38,194 nt of DNA from a virus (Duplodnaviria > Caudoviricetes): the IMG/VR virus record IMGVR_UViG_3300027804_000013, positions 1 through 38,194 of that record, one strand, 5' to 3'. This document shows, piece by piece, positions 9,525 through 18,229 of this stretch. The notes beneath the pieces are model-generated. The model was given only the letters and a program-made list of their open reading frames with translations. It ran no database searches and was not told the DNA's origin. The position numbers and the translations under genes are program-made. Each line of letters opens with the position of its first letter. The stretch's first letter is position 1.

Positions 9525-10327
9525 CTGATATCAGCATCCTCCAGTAGTGACATGGCATCCTTCGGGTGAAGGCTTGCCTTACGGCATTCGTGTGCAAGGT
9601 GCGTGAGCGTTGTGGAACGGTCACGTCCTTCGATCGGGCCGTCACGGAAGATCGTTCTGCCAAGTGGCGTCAGTTTCCGTGCGGCTTCTGTCATGTCATG
9701 TGATGGTGCGCTCGCCGTGTAGTGAACGACGGGCGGCTTGTAGTAGTTGGCGAGACGTTCGATGGTCTCGGGTTCTGTGCGGCTTCCCAACGCAGCATGG
9801 ACGAAGTCTTGAATCCATTCCTGCTGACCATCACGTGTGATGATGATGCGTTCGGGCTTGCCGTGGTTCGGGTAAGGGAGGCGAACGTAGTTGCCGACCT
9901 GACCTTGTGCGAGAGTTTCCTGCTTCGGGTTGACCTCTTTCGCTGGCAGGTCTGCGACCTGATGGGCGGCGAGGAACATGCGACGCATGTTGCGAGCGGG
10001 AACGAGGTCGGTTGCGAACACCCAGATGTGGTATCCACGTCGGGTCTTCTCAACCCACGACTTCACACCTGCCGCTTCGAATGCGTCGTGTAGCAGCCAT
10101 GCGTGTTCAGGGTTGTCGTAGTCGATGTCGGTGCAACCCCAGATACACCACGTTTCCCCTTTGTGAGGGAACGCAGGGTACACGCCGATCCACTTGTCAC
10201 CTTCGAGGTGTTGCCTGAACGTGTCCTCGGTGAGTGGCTCTCGAACGCATCCGCCGTCCCACGATCCGTAGCAGTCGCCACGTCCACGGAACAGCGTGAT
10301 GAAGTCGGAGAGGGTGTCAGCCACCAC
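9434..10327 (-). CDS. Archaeo-eukaryotic primase-polymerase (TOTE-like AEP) with C-terminal helical domain
   Basis: LFRGR, HLEG..IGVYP, DxD (TDID), GYHIWVF and VRLPY motifs; adjacent to the helicase. Confidence 0.85.
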   Translation of the reverse strand: MVADTLSDFITLFRGRGDCYGSWDGGCVREPLTEDTFRQHLEGDKWIGVYPAFPHKGETWCIWGCTDIDYDNPEHAWLLHDAFEAAGVKSWVEKTRRGYHIWVFATDLVPARNMRRMFLAAHQVADLPAKEVNPKQETLAQGQVGNYVRLPYPNHGKPERIIITRDGQQEWIQDFVHAALGSRTEPETIERLANYYKPPVVHYTASAPSHDMTEAARKLTPLGRTIFRDGPIEGRDRSTTLTHLAHECRKASLHPKDAMSLLEDADIRWGKYLARGEAGRIELEKLLVRAYGHIPST

Positions 10328-11360
10328 GCACCTCGTTCAGGAACTGCTCAGGCAAGTCGCCGTCACGCAAGCGTGTGAGGCGACCTGTGCCCTGCTCGAT
10401 CTCGAAGTCGATGTCGTCGATGAGCGTGCCAGCGGGACGCTTGTTCTTCACGAGGTTGAGCGTGAGCGTGTGCGCATGGATGCGTGACTCGTAGCGCAGA
10501 CTGTCCAACTGTTCCATCGCACGTTCAGACGCAGATGACTTGTCGAGTTTCGCTTCCAACTCTCGGATCTGGAAGTCGATCTCGAACCTCTTGCGACGCA
10601 CACCGATGATGTGGGTCGCCTGCTGTTCACCACCGAACGATCCAGACGAGATGGTCATGCGCTTGCCGTCCGCACCTGCGGTGCGTGACGTCTGGTGCAG
10701 GACGAGCAACGGGACGTCGTGACGTCGTCCCCACGCCTTGATCGTGTTCGCTTTTGACGGCACGTCCTCACCGCCACCTTGAAGGAGTTCGAGGTAGTCA
10801 AACACCACGAGGTCGGGCTTCTGTCCCCACATGTCGGACACTTCTCCGAGCGCCTTCTCCATGTCGGACAGCGCCATGTTCTGATCGAACACGGCGAGGT
10901 TCGGGAAGTGTTCGAGTGCGGTGGATCGCAGGATGTCGATCGCTTGCGGTTCGTCTGCAGCGACAGCACGTTCGAGGTCGATGGCGTTGATGCCGTGGGT
11001 GACGCACGCCAACTTGATCAGCACGAGTGTTCGTGGTTCGTCGGGGACGAAGTAGATCACGTTCTTGTTGCGGTTCGCCTTGAGCATCTCGAGCGTCACG
11101 AGCGTCTTGCCGCTGTGGCTGTATCCAAGGATGAGGCACAGTTCGCCTGCGGCGATGCCTCGCATCTCACGGTCGAGGTCGGTGAATCCTGTGTAGATGC
11201 GTTCGTGTGGGGACTGTGCCCAGCGCACGAACTCGTGGGCTGCTTCTTCAAGCGGCTTGTAGTACATGTGCGGTTTCGTGTCCAGAGACGACGAGGGGGC
11301 GGGCGATTGCTCGCCCACCCCCAGAGCGTCCCAGCGTGCTGCTAGGTCGACGATCGTCAT
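10317..11360 (-). CDS. DnaB/RecA-fold replicative helicase
   Basis: TGFTDLD, Walker A GYSHSGKT, Walker B VVFDYLEL, LHQ and KNKR motifs. Confidence 0.88.
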   Translation of the reverse strand: MTIVDLAARWDALGVGEQSPAPSSSLDTKPHMYYKPLEEAAHEFVRWAQSPHERIYTGFTDLDREMRGIAAGELCLILGYSHSGKTLVTLEMLKANRNKNVIYFVPDEPRTLVLIKLACVTHGINAIDLERAVAADEPQAIDILRSTALEHFPNLAVFDQNMALSDMEKALGEVSDMWGQKPDLVVFDYLELLQGGGEDVPSKANTIKAWGRRHDVPLLVLHQTSRTAGADGKRMTISSGSFGGEQQATHIIGVRRKRFEIDFQIRELEAKLDKSSASERAMEQLDSLRYESRIHAHTLTLNLVKNKRPAGTLIDDIDFEIEQGTGRLTRLRDGDLPEQFLNEVRGG

Positions 11361-11845
11361 CAGTTGCTGCCCCTCGGGGGCCAGAAGGCGACAGGCTCCT
11401 GTCCGTCGACGACGTCCGCCTGCTTGAACCACGGGCGCTTGGTGCCGACAGCCTTGTCACGGTTGTCCCACACCTTGTTGACGCCAGCCTTCTGGCAGGC
11501 GGCGATCAGCCAGTTGGGGAGATCGCCGTGCTGCTGTCCTGCGACACGGACGGTGGTGACGGTCGCCTGCGGTGCGGACACAGCCTGCAAGCGGGGAGCG
11601 GGTGCGTTCGCTTCGGTGGTGGTTTCCATCGTTGCGGTCGGGAACGCTTCCTGCAGGGCGGCTTCGCCGTTCTTGCTGTTGAACCCGTGGGTGGTGTTCA
11701 GCACTTCGCACACGAAGTCGTAGTGGCTGAGGTACAACGCCTGAATCGCCTCGGGCGTGCGCTCGGGGATGGCGGTGGTGTTGGTCAGTTCGCTCGCAAT
11801 CTTTGCGGCGACCTGAGTGACGATGGACTGGTCTTTGCTGATCAT
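11360..11845 (-). CDS. Hypothetical replication-module protein (possible ssDNA-binding)
   Basis: Lies between exonuclease and helicase; C-terminal VWDNR...KRPWFK aromatic/basic motif. Confidence 0.6.
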   Translation of the reverse strand: MISKDQSIVTQVAAKIASELTNTTAIPERTPEAIQALYLSHYDFVCEVLNTTHGFNSKNGEAALQEAFPTATMETTTEANAPAPRLQAVSAPQATVTTVRVAGQQHGDLPNWLIAACQKAGVNKVWDNRDKAVGTKRPWFKQADVVDGQEPVAFWPPRGSN

Positions 11846-11850
11846 GGTGA

Positions 11851-12669
11851 TCACTTCCCTTCTGTGTTTGGTGTGATGTCGGCGGGTGCCAACTTGCTTC
11901 CTTTGCAGACGCTCCAGTAGGAGCACCACGTCGAGTTGCACAGGTAGTGCGTGTCGTTGCGTGTCCAAGGGTCGTCTGTGCCGAGCAAGATCGTTGACCG
12001 AATGAACGGTCGAACGATCTCTCGCAGCCACTCGACATGGCTCTCGTTGCGGTGGACGGGCACGATCTGTGCCTTGCCGCTTCGAACTAGAACGCCGTAG
12101 TTGAAGGTGGCTGGGAACTCCAGCCATCCGTGTGCAACTGCGGCGGCGGTGTACATGGTGGGTTGCACCGCTTGAGACTGCTTGTCACGGGCGTTGTACT
12201 TCTTGCCCGATGTCTTCCAGTCCCAGATCGCTGTGTCTGTCACACAGTCGATTGTACCAATGCCGTACACCTTGGTGTCACCAAACTCATCGAGCAGGAA
12301 GGTGAACGGCTTCTCGACTGCGACGACATTGCCGAGGACGGGAGCGATGTTCTTCTCCCATTCACGGATGAGTTCGTGCAGATGGTCGTACAGTTCTTCG
12401 TTCGTGTACTTGACACGCTGGAACGGTTCGTCGAGGAGACGGTTGAGTTCGTCGAGCGCCACCTTCTTCGGTTCACCTTTGCCTTCGAGAACGCTGGCGA
12501 TGCCAGCGTGCACAGCGGTGCCGAGGATCGTTGCGTCGTTCGGCATCGACCATTCGGGGCGGATGATTCCCTGTCGTCCTCGTTCGTTGCACATGATGGC
12601 ATCGTTGATCCACGACTGCCGTACGTACACCTCACGTGTTCCGTCTTCTTCGTTGTATCTGATCTTCAT
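11851..12669 (-). CDS. Cas4/RecB-like PD-(D/E)XK exonuclease with probable Fe-S cluster
   Basis: GTAVH, E..F, GTIDC..DWKT and Q..MY motifs; one N-terminal Cys plus C-terminal C...WC..W..C. Confidence 0.88.
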   Translation of the reverse strand: MKIRYNEEDGTREVYVRQSWINDAIMCNERGRQGIIRPEWSMPNDATILGTAVHAGIASVLEGKGEPKKVALDELNRLLDEPFQRVKYTNEELYDHLHELIREWEKNIAPVLGNVVAVEKPFTFLLDEFGDTKVYGIGTIDCVTDTAIWDWKTSGKKYNARDKQSQAVQPTMYTAAAVAHGWLEFPATFNYGVLVRSGKAQIVPVHRNESHVEWLREIVRPFIRSTILLGTDDPWTRNDTHYLCNSTWCSYWSVCKGSKLAPADITPNTEGK

Positions 12670-13124
12670 TTCCTTCCTTTCTGTTTGGGCAACGTCCGCT
12701 TGCGCAGGTGGGCTGCATACGATTTGGACACTTCGATCCCCCAGTTGTCGATGGCGTGCTGCATCACGTCTTTGTAGGACGCTCCGAGCAGAATGATTCT
12801 GCGCAGTTCGTTCCGTTGGTATTCGCTCAGAAGACCACGTGACAGGCCGACTGCGTTTCGTGCGATCAGGGCGCCGTTGCGGTGACGGAAGTACCCTTCG
12901 TTGATCTCATCGTGAACCTTGAGGATGTCTTCGAGGTAGTTGATGATCTGGTCGTCGTCCCACGTTTGTGTGTATCCACGTAGGCGGCAGATGTCTTCTC
13001 CGTATCTGAAGTCGACGACGAGGTTCTTTACAAGAATGGGAACCTGTTGCGACGACACCTTGACATCACAGAGACACTCTTCGCCGTGTGTTTCGACACC
13101 GCAACCAATCTGTTTCTTTGCCAT
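12666..13124 (-). CDS. Hypothetical protein with N-terminal Cys/His cluster and C-terminal HTH-like region
   Basis: Strong GAAAGGAG RBS; C....H...CxC; ...WGIEVSKSYAAHLRKR. Confidence 0.7.
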   Translation of the reverse strand: MAKKQIGCGVETHGEECLCDVKVSSQQVPILVKNLVVDFRYGEDICRLRGYTQTWDDDQIINYLEDILKVHDEINEGYFRHRNGALIARNAVGLSRGLLSEYQRNELRRIILLGASYKDVMQHAIDNWGIEVSKSYAAHLRKRTLPKQKGRK

Positions 13125-13232
13125 GTATCTCCTTTCCTGTCGTTGCTCCGTGTTCCCGTCCTAGCGGAGCGGCGGACGGGAACACTCTTGTACCGTTCCC
13201 CACCCCCCTTTATCCCCCCTCCCCGTGAGGGG

Positions 13233-13264
13233 AGTATAAGAGAGGTGGGGTTGATCGGTGTCAA
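13233..13264 (-). promoter_or_regulatory. Candidate sigma-A promoter for the replication module (TTGACA-N20-TATACT)
   Basis: Near-consensus hexamers in an intergenic region, but the spacer is 20 nt. Confidence 0.45.
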
Positions 13265-13276
13265 CACTTATGCGTA

Positions 13277-13420
13277 TCAGCGCTTTCGCTGTACCTGTTG
13301 CATCTTACGTCCGCCTCCCGTGTGCTTCATGCATCTCGGGTCTTCTTTGAGTGGGACGTGAGTGGTGAGGCGTTGTCCGCAGGCTGGGCATTGCCAATGT
13401 TGATCGTCAGAACGGCTCAT
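13277..13420 (-). CDS. Small zinc-ribbon protein (MSRSDDQHWQCPACGQRL...)
   Basis: 47 aa with CPACG and C..H motifs; not in the ORF track. Confidence 0.55.
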   Translation of the reverse strand: MSRSDDQHWQCPACGQRLTTHVPLKEDPRCMKHTGGGRKMQQVQRKR

Positions 13421-13685
13421 TCTCGTAGTCCACGATCTGGTAATACTCGACGAGTTTGAGGCTGTCGATCAGGTTGTTGATCTCTTGCGTCTGCTCACGA
13501 AACATTTCAAACTCAGACGTGTTCACACCGTCCTGCGTGTTGTGGACGTAGGCGAATGAGTCGCTGAAGTCGCAATGCACGTCGGGTACTACGTGGAAGG
13601 TTCCGTCCTCATGTTCCTCGACCGTCACGGTGACGATGGGTGTGAACAGGACGTGGTGCACGTTGACGACCTCCTTGTCGCTCAT
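13407..13685 (-). CDS. Hypothetical protein
   Basis: ATGA overlap; GAGG RBS. Confidence 0.7.
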   Translation of the reverse strand: MSDKEVVNVHHVLFTPIVTVTVEEHEDGTFHVVPDVHCDFSDSFAYVHNTQDGVNTSEFEMFREQTQEINNLIDSLKLVEYYQIVDYENEPF

Positions 13686-13891
13686 GATCCGACCTCGATG
13701 ATCATCGACAGCAACTGCTGTTGGATTTGTGCGAGTGCAGCCAACTCTTCCTGCGTCGATCGTGCGAGCGAGCGGTTGTCGACCGTCCGTAGCAGTTTCG
13801 TTTGCAGGTTGTCGAGTGCGATGCCGATCGTCTTGAGCAGCGCCTGCGCTTGTGCGAGTGTGATGTTGATGGTGTAGTCATTGGGTTCCAT
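13682..13891 (-). CDS. Small helical hypothetical protein
   Basis: AAGGAGG RBS before ATG 13891. Confidence 0.7.
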   Translation of the reverse strand: MEPNDYTINITLAQAQALLKTIGIALDNLQTKLLRTVDNRSLARSTQEELAALAQIQQQLLSMIIEVGS

Positions 13892-13929
13892 TTCTTCCTC
13901 CTTGTGTATTGGGTTTGGTTTGCTGTCAG

Positions 13930-13967
13930 GTGCGAGTGACGGCACCATGCGGTGCCGTCACCCACAC
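13930..13967 (-). other. 17-bp RNA stem-loop in spacer (possible RNase III site or terminator)
   Basis: GTGTGGGTGACGGCACC-gcat-GGTGCCGTCACTCGCAC; fully paired only when G-U pairs on the minus strand are allowed. Confidence 0.6.
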
Positions 13968-13974
13968 GAGAGTA

Positions 13975-14976
13975 TCAGGAGAAGACCGAGACGGCCTTCT
14001 GCGTGAGCGGGAACTTGTCGTCGAGAACTCGACGGATGGCGGCGATGTCACGCCCGTTGTTGCGCACGATGGAGCGGTGCTGCTCGTAGCCCTGCACCGC
14101 CATCACCGCATCGAACGCAGACTCGCCACGAGTCTTGTCGTTCCACTCTGCGACGATGCCGCCCCATGCGTTGTCGTACATGGTCTGCGCACGACCCTCT
14201 TTGTTGGGGCGCTTGCCGATCACAGCGGGGATCACCTGCTGTGTGAGCGTGCGCTTGTCCGCCTCCATCATCAGGAGACGATCCAGTTCCACGTCGAAGT
14301 CGTCGAACGTCGACATCATCAACTCGAGCGACTTGGTCGCCTCGACAGCAATGTCGTTGGCGTTGCGAGTGTGACGGATCACGAACCCCGTGTCTGCACG
14401 CCACGGCGTGAACGTGTTCTGGCAGACCCACAACTGGTTCATGTACTTGACGCCGAGCGGGTACATGCCGTTGTGCGACGTGTACAGACCCATGTAGCGG
14501 GTCATCTTGTCCGTCTCGTCTCCGTCCTTGCGCACGACCTTGACCATGTCACGGAACTCGATGACGATGAACACGACCTTCCCGCCCCACAGTTCGACAG
14601 CGGACACAGGCTGAGCGTCACCACGCACCTTCATCAGCACATCCATGTACTGACCGAGCACCTCGTTCTGCACCTCGCCGTACTTCTCCGAGTGCATGCC
14701 GAGGATGCTCCCCTTGTCGGTGCGGATGATCGCAGCGTGATCTTCGGCGTTCTCCATGTTGATGCCGAGGTCACGGAGGGTGTGCTTCTTCACCTGCCAG
14801 TCGAGGCCAGCGGTCACGAGCAACTCACGTCCGTCTCGGATGTTGTCGCTGATCTGCACCTTGGTGCCGACGACTTCACCCTTGCTGTTGCGGGACTCAC
14901 CGAGTCCATGCCACGGAGCCTCACGAAACGCACCGCTGGTAACTCCTCCGATAACACCATTCTTGTCGATTCCCAT
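13975..14976 (-). CDS. DUF932/DUF945 (TIGR03299-like) phage/plasmid protein
   Basis: PWHGLG, AGLDWQV, Y..VQN, SHNG and VCQNT...IRHT motifs; alternative GTG start at 14985. Confidence 0.85.
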   Translation of the reverse strand: MGIDKNGVIGGVTSGAFREAPWHGLGESRNSKGEVVGTKVQISDNIRDGRELLVTAGLDWQVKKHTLRDLGINMENAEDHAAIIRTDKGSILGMHSEKYGEVQNEVLGQYMDVLMKVRGDAQPVSAVELWGGKVVFIVIEFRDMVKVVRKDGDETDKMTRYMGLYTSHNGMYPLGVKYMNQLWVCQNTFTPWRADTGFVIRHTRNANDIAVEATKSLELMMSTFDDFDVELDRLLMMEADKRTLTQQVIPAVIGKRPNKEGRAQTMYDNAWGGIVAEWNDKTRGESAFDAVMAVQGYEQHRSIVRNNGRDIAAIRRVLDDKFPLTQKAVSVFS

Positions 14977-14981
14977 GATGA

Positions 14982-15410
14982 TCACTTCCCTTCGTTGTTG
15001 TTGTTGATGTTGTTGATGTTGCTTGCACTCACCCGAGCCTTGTAGCGCTTGGGCAAGACCTTCTGCGTCTGGAGACGCTTGATGACGGTACGCACCGATG
15101 GTGCGGAACGTCCGAGTTGATCAGCGATCTGTACCGCTGTGCGACCACGGACGTAGAGACGCTTCAGCGTGTCGATCTCGTTCTCGCTGTAGCGAGGACG
15201 CTTTCTGGCGGTCTCCTCTTCGTCTTCGTCGACGTGTTCGTCTTCGAACAGTTCGTGGTGTCCCGTGAGCACCATGCCCTTGATGAGGAACTTGTAGAGC
15301 ATCTTCGCATTCTCCGTGGGCATGCGTCCTTCACGCCACATCACGAGGACGTGGTCGAGATGCGTGACGATGGCGGTGTTGCGGTTGATGATTGACTGAT
15401 TGATCTGCAT
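14982..15410 (-). CDS. HTH DNA-binding protein (Myb/GcrA-like)
   Basis: RYSENEIDTLKRLY..GRTAVQIADQLGRSAPSVR. Confidence 0.7.
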   Translation of the reverse strand: MQINQSIINRNTAIVTHLDHVLVMWREGRMPTENAKMLYKFLIKGMVLTGHHELFEDEHVDEDEEETARKRPRYSENEIDTLKRLYVRGRTAVQIADQLGRSAPSVRTVIKRLQTQKVLPKRYKARVSASNINNINNNNEGK

Positions 15411-15488
15411 GTTGTTCTCCTTTGTTTGTGTTTGATTCTACTTCAGATGTGTTGACAAGTTTGTGGGCTGTACGCAGGGACGATGTGA

Positions 15489-15650
15489 TTACCACCTCCT
15501 TTCGAAAGTCGTCGAGCGGCGCTCACGCAAGCGACGACGCTCATCCAAACGACCCTGATCGTGACCGACGTAGTAGGCGACGATCACCGACGCCACCCAG
15601 ATGAATGCCCACAGAACGAGCAACGAATAGAACAAGGCGGTGGTGCTCAT
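15489..15650 (-). CDS. Small membrane protein
   Basis: Hydrophobic helix followed by an Arg-rich tail; ATGA overlap; GGAG RBS. Confidence 0.65.
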   Translation of the reverse strand: MSTTALFYSLLVLWAFIWVASVIVAYYVGHDQGRLDERRRLRERRSTTFERRW

Positions 15651-15982
15651 GACTCCGACCAATCGATGCGGTAGGCGACACTCGGTTCGCAGTCGATCAT
15701 CCCGCATTGATGGAAGCACGAGTGATCGGTGTCCTCGTAACCCTCGTCATCGGTGAACTGTCGGTAAGCGGTGACATACACCGCACCGTCGTCCTCCATC
15801 CACACCTCGCAGTCTGCTTTCGTCCCATCGGGGAACACGTATGTGAACCAGTCACACCCGTCCCAACCGAACGACATCAGTTGATCTCGCAACGTCTTGC
15901 CGACGAGAGCGATCGAGTCCTCGTGCTCCTCCGCATTCGCAAGGAACTTGCCTGTGATTTCTTCGTTGATGGTCATGTTCAT
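15647..15982 (-). CDS. Acidic hypothetical early protein
   Basis: AAAGGAG RBS. Confidence 0.7.
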   Translation of the reverse strand: MNMTINEEITGKFLANAEEHEDSIALVGKTLRDQLMSFGWDGCDWFTYVFPDGTKADCEVWMEDDGAVYVTAYRQFTDDEGYEDTDHSCFHQCGMIDCEPSVAYRIDWSES

Positions 15983-15990
15983 TTCTCCTT

Positions 15991-16377
15991 TCACTTGGTC
16001 TTGTTGGTCTTGGGCTTGATGGTCGGACAGTTGTGATAGTGGAAGAAGTTGCTCCCACTCCACCGCTTGATCCACTCGGTGCGCTTCTTCGTGAGGACGT
16101 TCGTGCGCAGTCCGATCGCACGCTGACACGTCTCGAGAGACAGCAGGCTGTTCCCATCCTTGTCGTAGTAGATCGCACCGAACAGGCTCTCGTAGAACCT
16201 GCCACGGTCGTAGAACTCCTGCGCCATGATCTCATCCTTGATGTGCCCGATGTCCACCACGAGTGTGAGCCACACGAGTTGGTCGTACTTCGGTGCGAGC
16301 CGATAGCCGACGTCGTCTTGCACCCACAGTTCGTCTTCGGGAAGGTTGCATGCTTGGAAATTGAAGTCGAGTGACAT
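15991..16377 (-). CDS. Hypothetical early protein
   Basis: AAAGGAG RBS; begins MSLDFNF; contains a C-terminal IGLRTNV motif. Confidence 0.75.
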   Translation of the reverse strand: MSLDFNFQACNLPEDELWVQDDVGYRLAPKYDQLVWLTLVVDIGHIKDEIMAQEFYDRGRFYESLFGAIYYDKDGNSLLSLETCQRAIGLRTNVLTKKRTEWIKRWSGSNFFHYHNCPTIKPKTNKTK

Positions 16378-16438
16378 GTTGATTTCTCCTTTGTTTGTTG
16401 GGTTATTTGCTGTTGTGATGACCACCCGTCCGACGAAA

Positions 16439-16456
16439 CTGAAACGCACGTTTCAG
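16439..16456. repeat. Palindromic repeat CTGAAACG-CA-CGTTTCAG, copy 1 (inside a longer stem at 16421-16469)
   Basis: Identical copies at 18719 and 19269; variant at 18050. Confidence 0.9.
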
Positions 16457-16483
16457 TCGGACGAGTGGTGCACCGACATCTTG

Positions 16484-17071
16484 TCAGAGGATCGTGACGT
16501 CCACGTCTTCGGTCTCTTCCGAATCGGTGTGCATGTCGATCACCTCAAAGATCGAGTCCTCAAAGCAGAGGTGATTCGCATCGGGATCATTGCTGAAGAC
16601 ATCCTTGATGTGATCCTCGATCTCATCGGGATCGGTTTTGCCCTGCATCGTCTTGATGTTCAACGTGATGCGCTTCTTCACCAGCACCTCGATGTCGATC
16701 TCCAACTCACGACGACGAGGGTCGTGCACCTCACCGACATCCCAGCCGAAGTGCATGTTGAACAGCGAAGAGAACGCTTCGATGATGTCATCGTCCTCCT
16801 CGTAGTCGGGCAGGAACTCGTTGATCACACGCACCACATGCTTGAGCAGAGACGACTGCTTCTGATGCATGATCTCCAACTGCTCGATGCGAGCCTGCTT
16901 CACACGGTCACCCTGCGTCACCATCTCGACGTACTTCTCCGAGTACCAGTTGCCACCGCTGAACTTGGCGACCTGACCGCCCTCGCTCATCCCATTGAAC
17001 CGCATGAGTTCAAACGGGTTGCGTTCGATGTAGTCGTTGTTGATGTTGTCGTTGCTGTTGTTGTTCTCCAT
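16484..17071 (-). CDS. Acidic hypothetical early protein
   Basis: AAAGGAG RBS; strongly Asp/Glu-rich C-terminal half. Confidence 0.75.
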   Translation of the reverse strand: MENNNSNDNINNDYIERNPFELMRFNGMSEGGQVAKFSGGNWYSEKYVEMVTQGDRVKQARIEQLEIMHQKQSSLLKHVVRVINEFLPDYEEDDDIIEAFSSLFNMHFGWDVGEVHDPRRRELEIDIEVLVKKRITLNIKTMQGKTDPDEIEDHIKDVFSNDPDANHLCFEDSIFEVIDMHTDSEETEDVDVTIL

Positions 17072-17129
17072 GATTGTCTCCTTTGTTTGTTGGTTGATGT
17101 TGTTGTCACCGACGACGTGAAACACGGCG

Positions 17130-18062
17130 TCAGACCTTGTCAGCGTAAACACGCTGAACGATAGCGGGCATCTTGCTGATCGCATAACCCTTCATGCGCA
17201 GATCGACGATGCACCCGCTCGGATCACCGAAACGGAAATCGTCCTCATCGCCCGAGATGACAGGCACATTCTCGTTGAACTCATCGAGATCCATGCGACG
17301 CATCACGTCATCACCCTTGCGACGATCAGTCACCACAGCGATGCAACCGCCATGACCACGCCACCCTGCGACACGCTTCTGCAACTCACGATCACGAGCG
17401 ACACGCTCGCTGTACGAGAACGTGAGACGATAGTTCTCCGTCATCCACGACGAACCCGTGAAGTGCTTGCCCTGAGGCAACACGTCCTCGTTCTTCGTGT
17501 AGTCGTACGCATTGACAGCGAGATCACCGAACAAATCCTCGGCAACCAGCCACCACGGAATGTCACTATTCACGTTGAGGCGAAGAGCAATCTCATTCCA
17601 GTTGCGAGTCGCCCAACGCAACTCTGCACGAAGCAGAACAGCGAACTCAACAGGATGAGTGATGAACGCCTCGCTACGCCACGCACGAGCCTTCTGCACC
17701 GACGTGAGTTCACCCTTGCCATGCTTGCCGACACACGTCTGCACACACGACCCAGCATTCGGACACATGTTGACCTTGCGACCATTCAACATCTCGTGAA
17801 CGAACGACGACATCGTGAGTGAATACGTATCCATCTCATTCTTCGCCAGTTTGGCGTTGTGCTTGCCCTTGCCGAGCAACGACCACGAATCAGTCGTGTA
17901 CCCGTACTGTCGTCGCACGTCACCGATCACACGACGAGCATGAGCCATGCCCGACGCAGTCAGATCCACGTTCGCACGCAACGCCTCACGAATGGCAGGC
18001 GCCCACGATTCCATGAACGCATCCACGGACTGAACCTTCTTCAACGAAACTGAAACGCTCAT
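17130..18062 (-). CDS. Gp88-domain protein (Cys-cluster, radical-SAM-like fold)
   Basis: CPNAGSCVQTC, RLNVNSDIPW, YDYTK, NYRLTFS and GDEDDFRF.D...IVDLRMKG motifs typical of phage gene product 88. Confidence 0.8.
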   Translation of the reverse strand: MSVSVSLKKVQSVDAFMESWAPAIREALRANVDLTASGMAHARRVIGDVRRQYGYTTDSWSLLGKGKHNAKLAKNEMDTYSLTMSSFVHEMLNGRKVNMCPNAGSCVQTCVGKHGKGELTSVQKARAWRSEAFITHPVEFAVLLRAELRWATRNWNEIALRLNVNSDIPWWLVAEDLFGDLAVNAYDYTKNEDVLPQGKHFTGSSWMTENYRLTFSYSERVARDRELQKRVAGWRGHGGCIAVVTDRRKGDDVMRRMDLDEFNENVPVISGDEDDFRFGDPSGCIVDLRMKGYAISKMPAIVQRVYADKV

Positions 18063-18069
18063 TTCAGTT
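18048..18069. repeat. Palindromic repeat, variant copy 2, containing the upstream stop codon and the Gp88 start codon
   Basis: Minus strand reads AACTGAAATG-AG-CGTTTCAGTT. Confidence 0.8.
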
Positions 18070-18219
18070 ACCCTCCTCTTCCAGTTGTGCCTGCAGTTCG
18101 CAGAGCAACAGAGCGATGCGACCCGCACGATGCGGGTTGCGAGCGCTGTGATGCCGATGCGCCTTCTTGCTCTTCGCCACCTCACGAACGAGGCGGTTGT
18201 TGTGCTGATTGATGTTCAT
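18064..18219 (-). CDS. Small hypothetical protein
   Basis: AAGGAG RBS; H..H...N.H...C pattern. Confidence 0.65.
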   Translation of the reverse strand: MNINQHNNRLVREVAKSKKAHRHHSARNPHRAGRIALLLCELQAQLEEEGN

Positions 18220-18229
18220 TTCATTCTCC

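Noticed and set aside
11355-11365. Additional CUGAUGA hammerhead cores (also near 2937, 3483, 14267 and 14631)
   Set aside because: They lie in coding sequence or gene overlaps, with no matching stems or GAAA/NUH arrangement evident
17109-17133. parS site (ACGTGAAACA)
   Set aside because: Only part of the TGTTTCACGTGAAACA palindrome is present; better explained as part of an RNA hairpin
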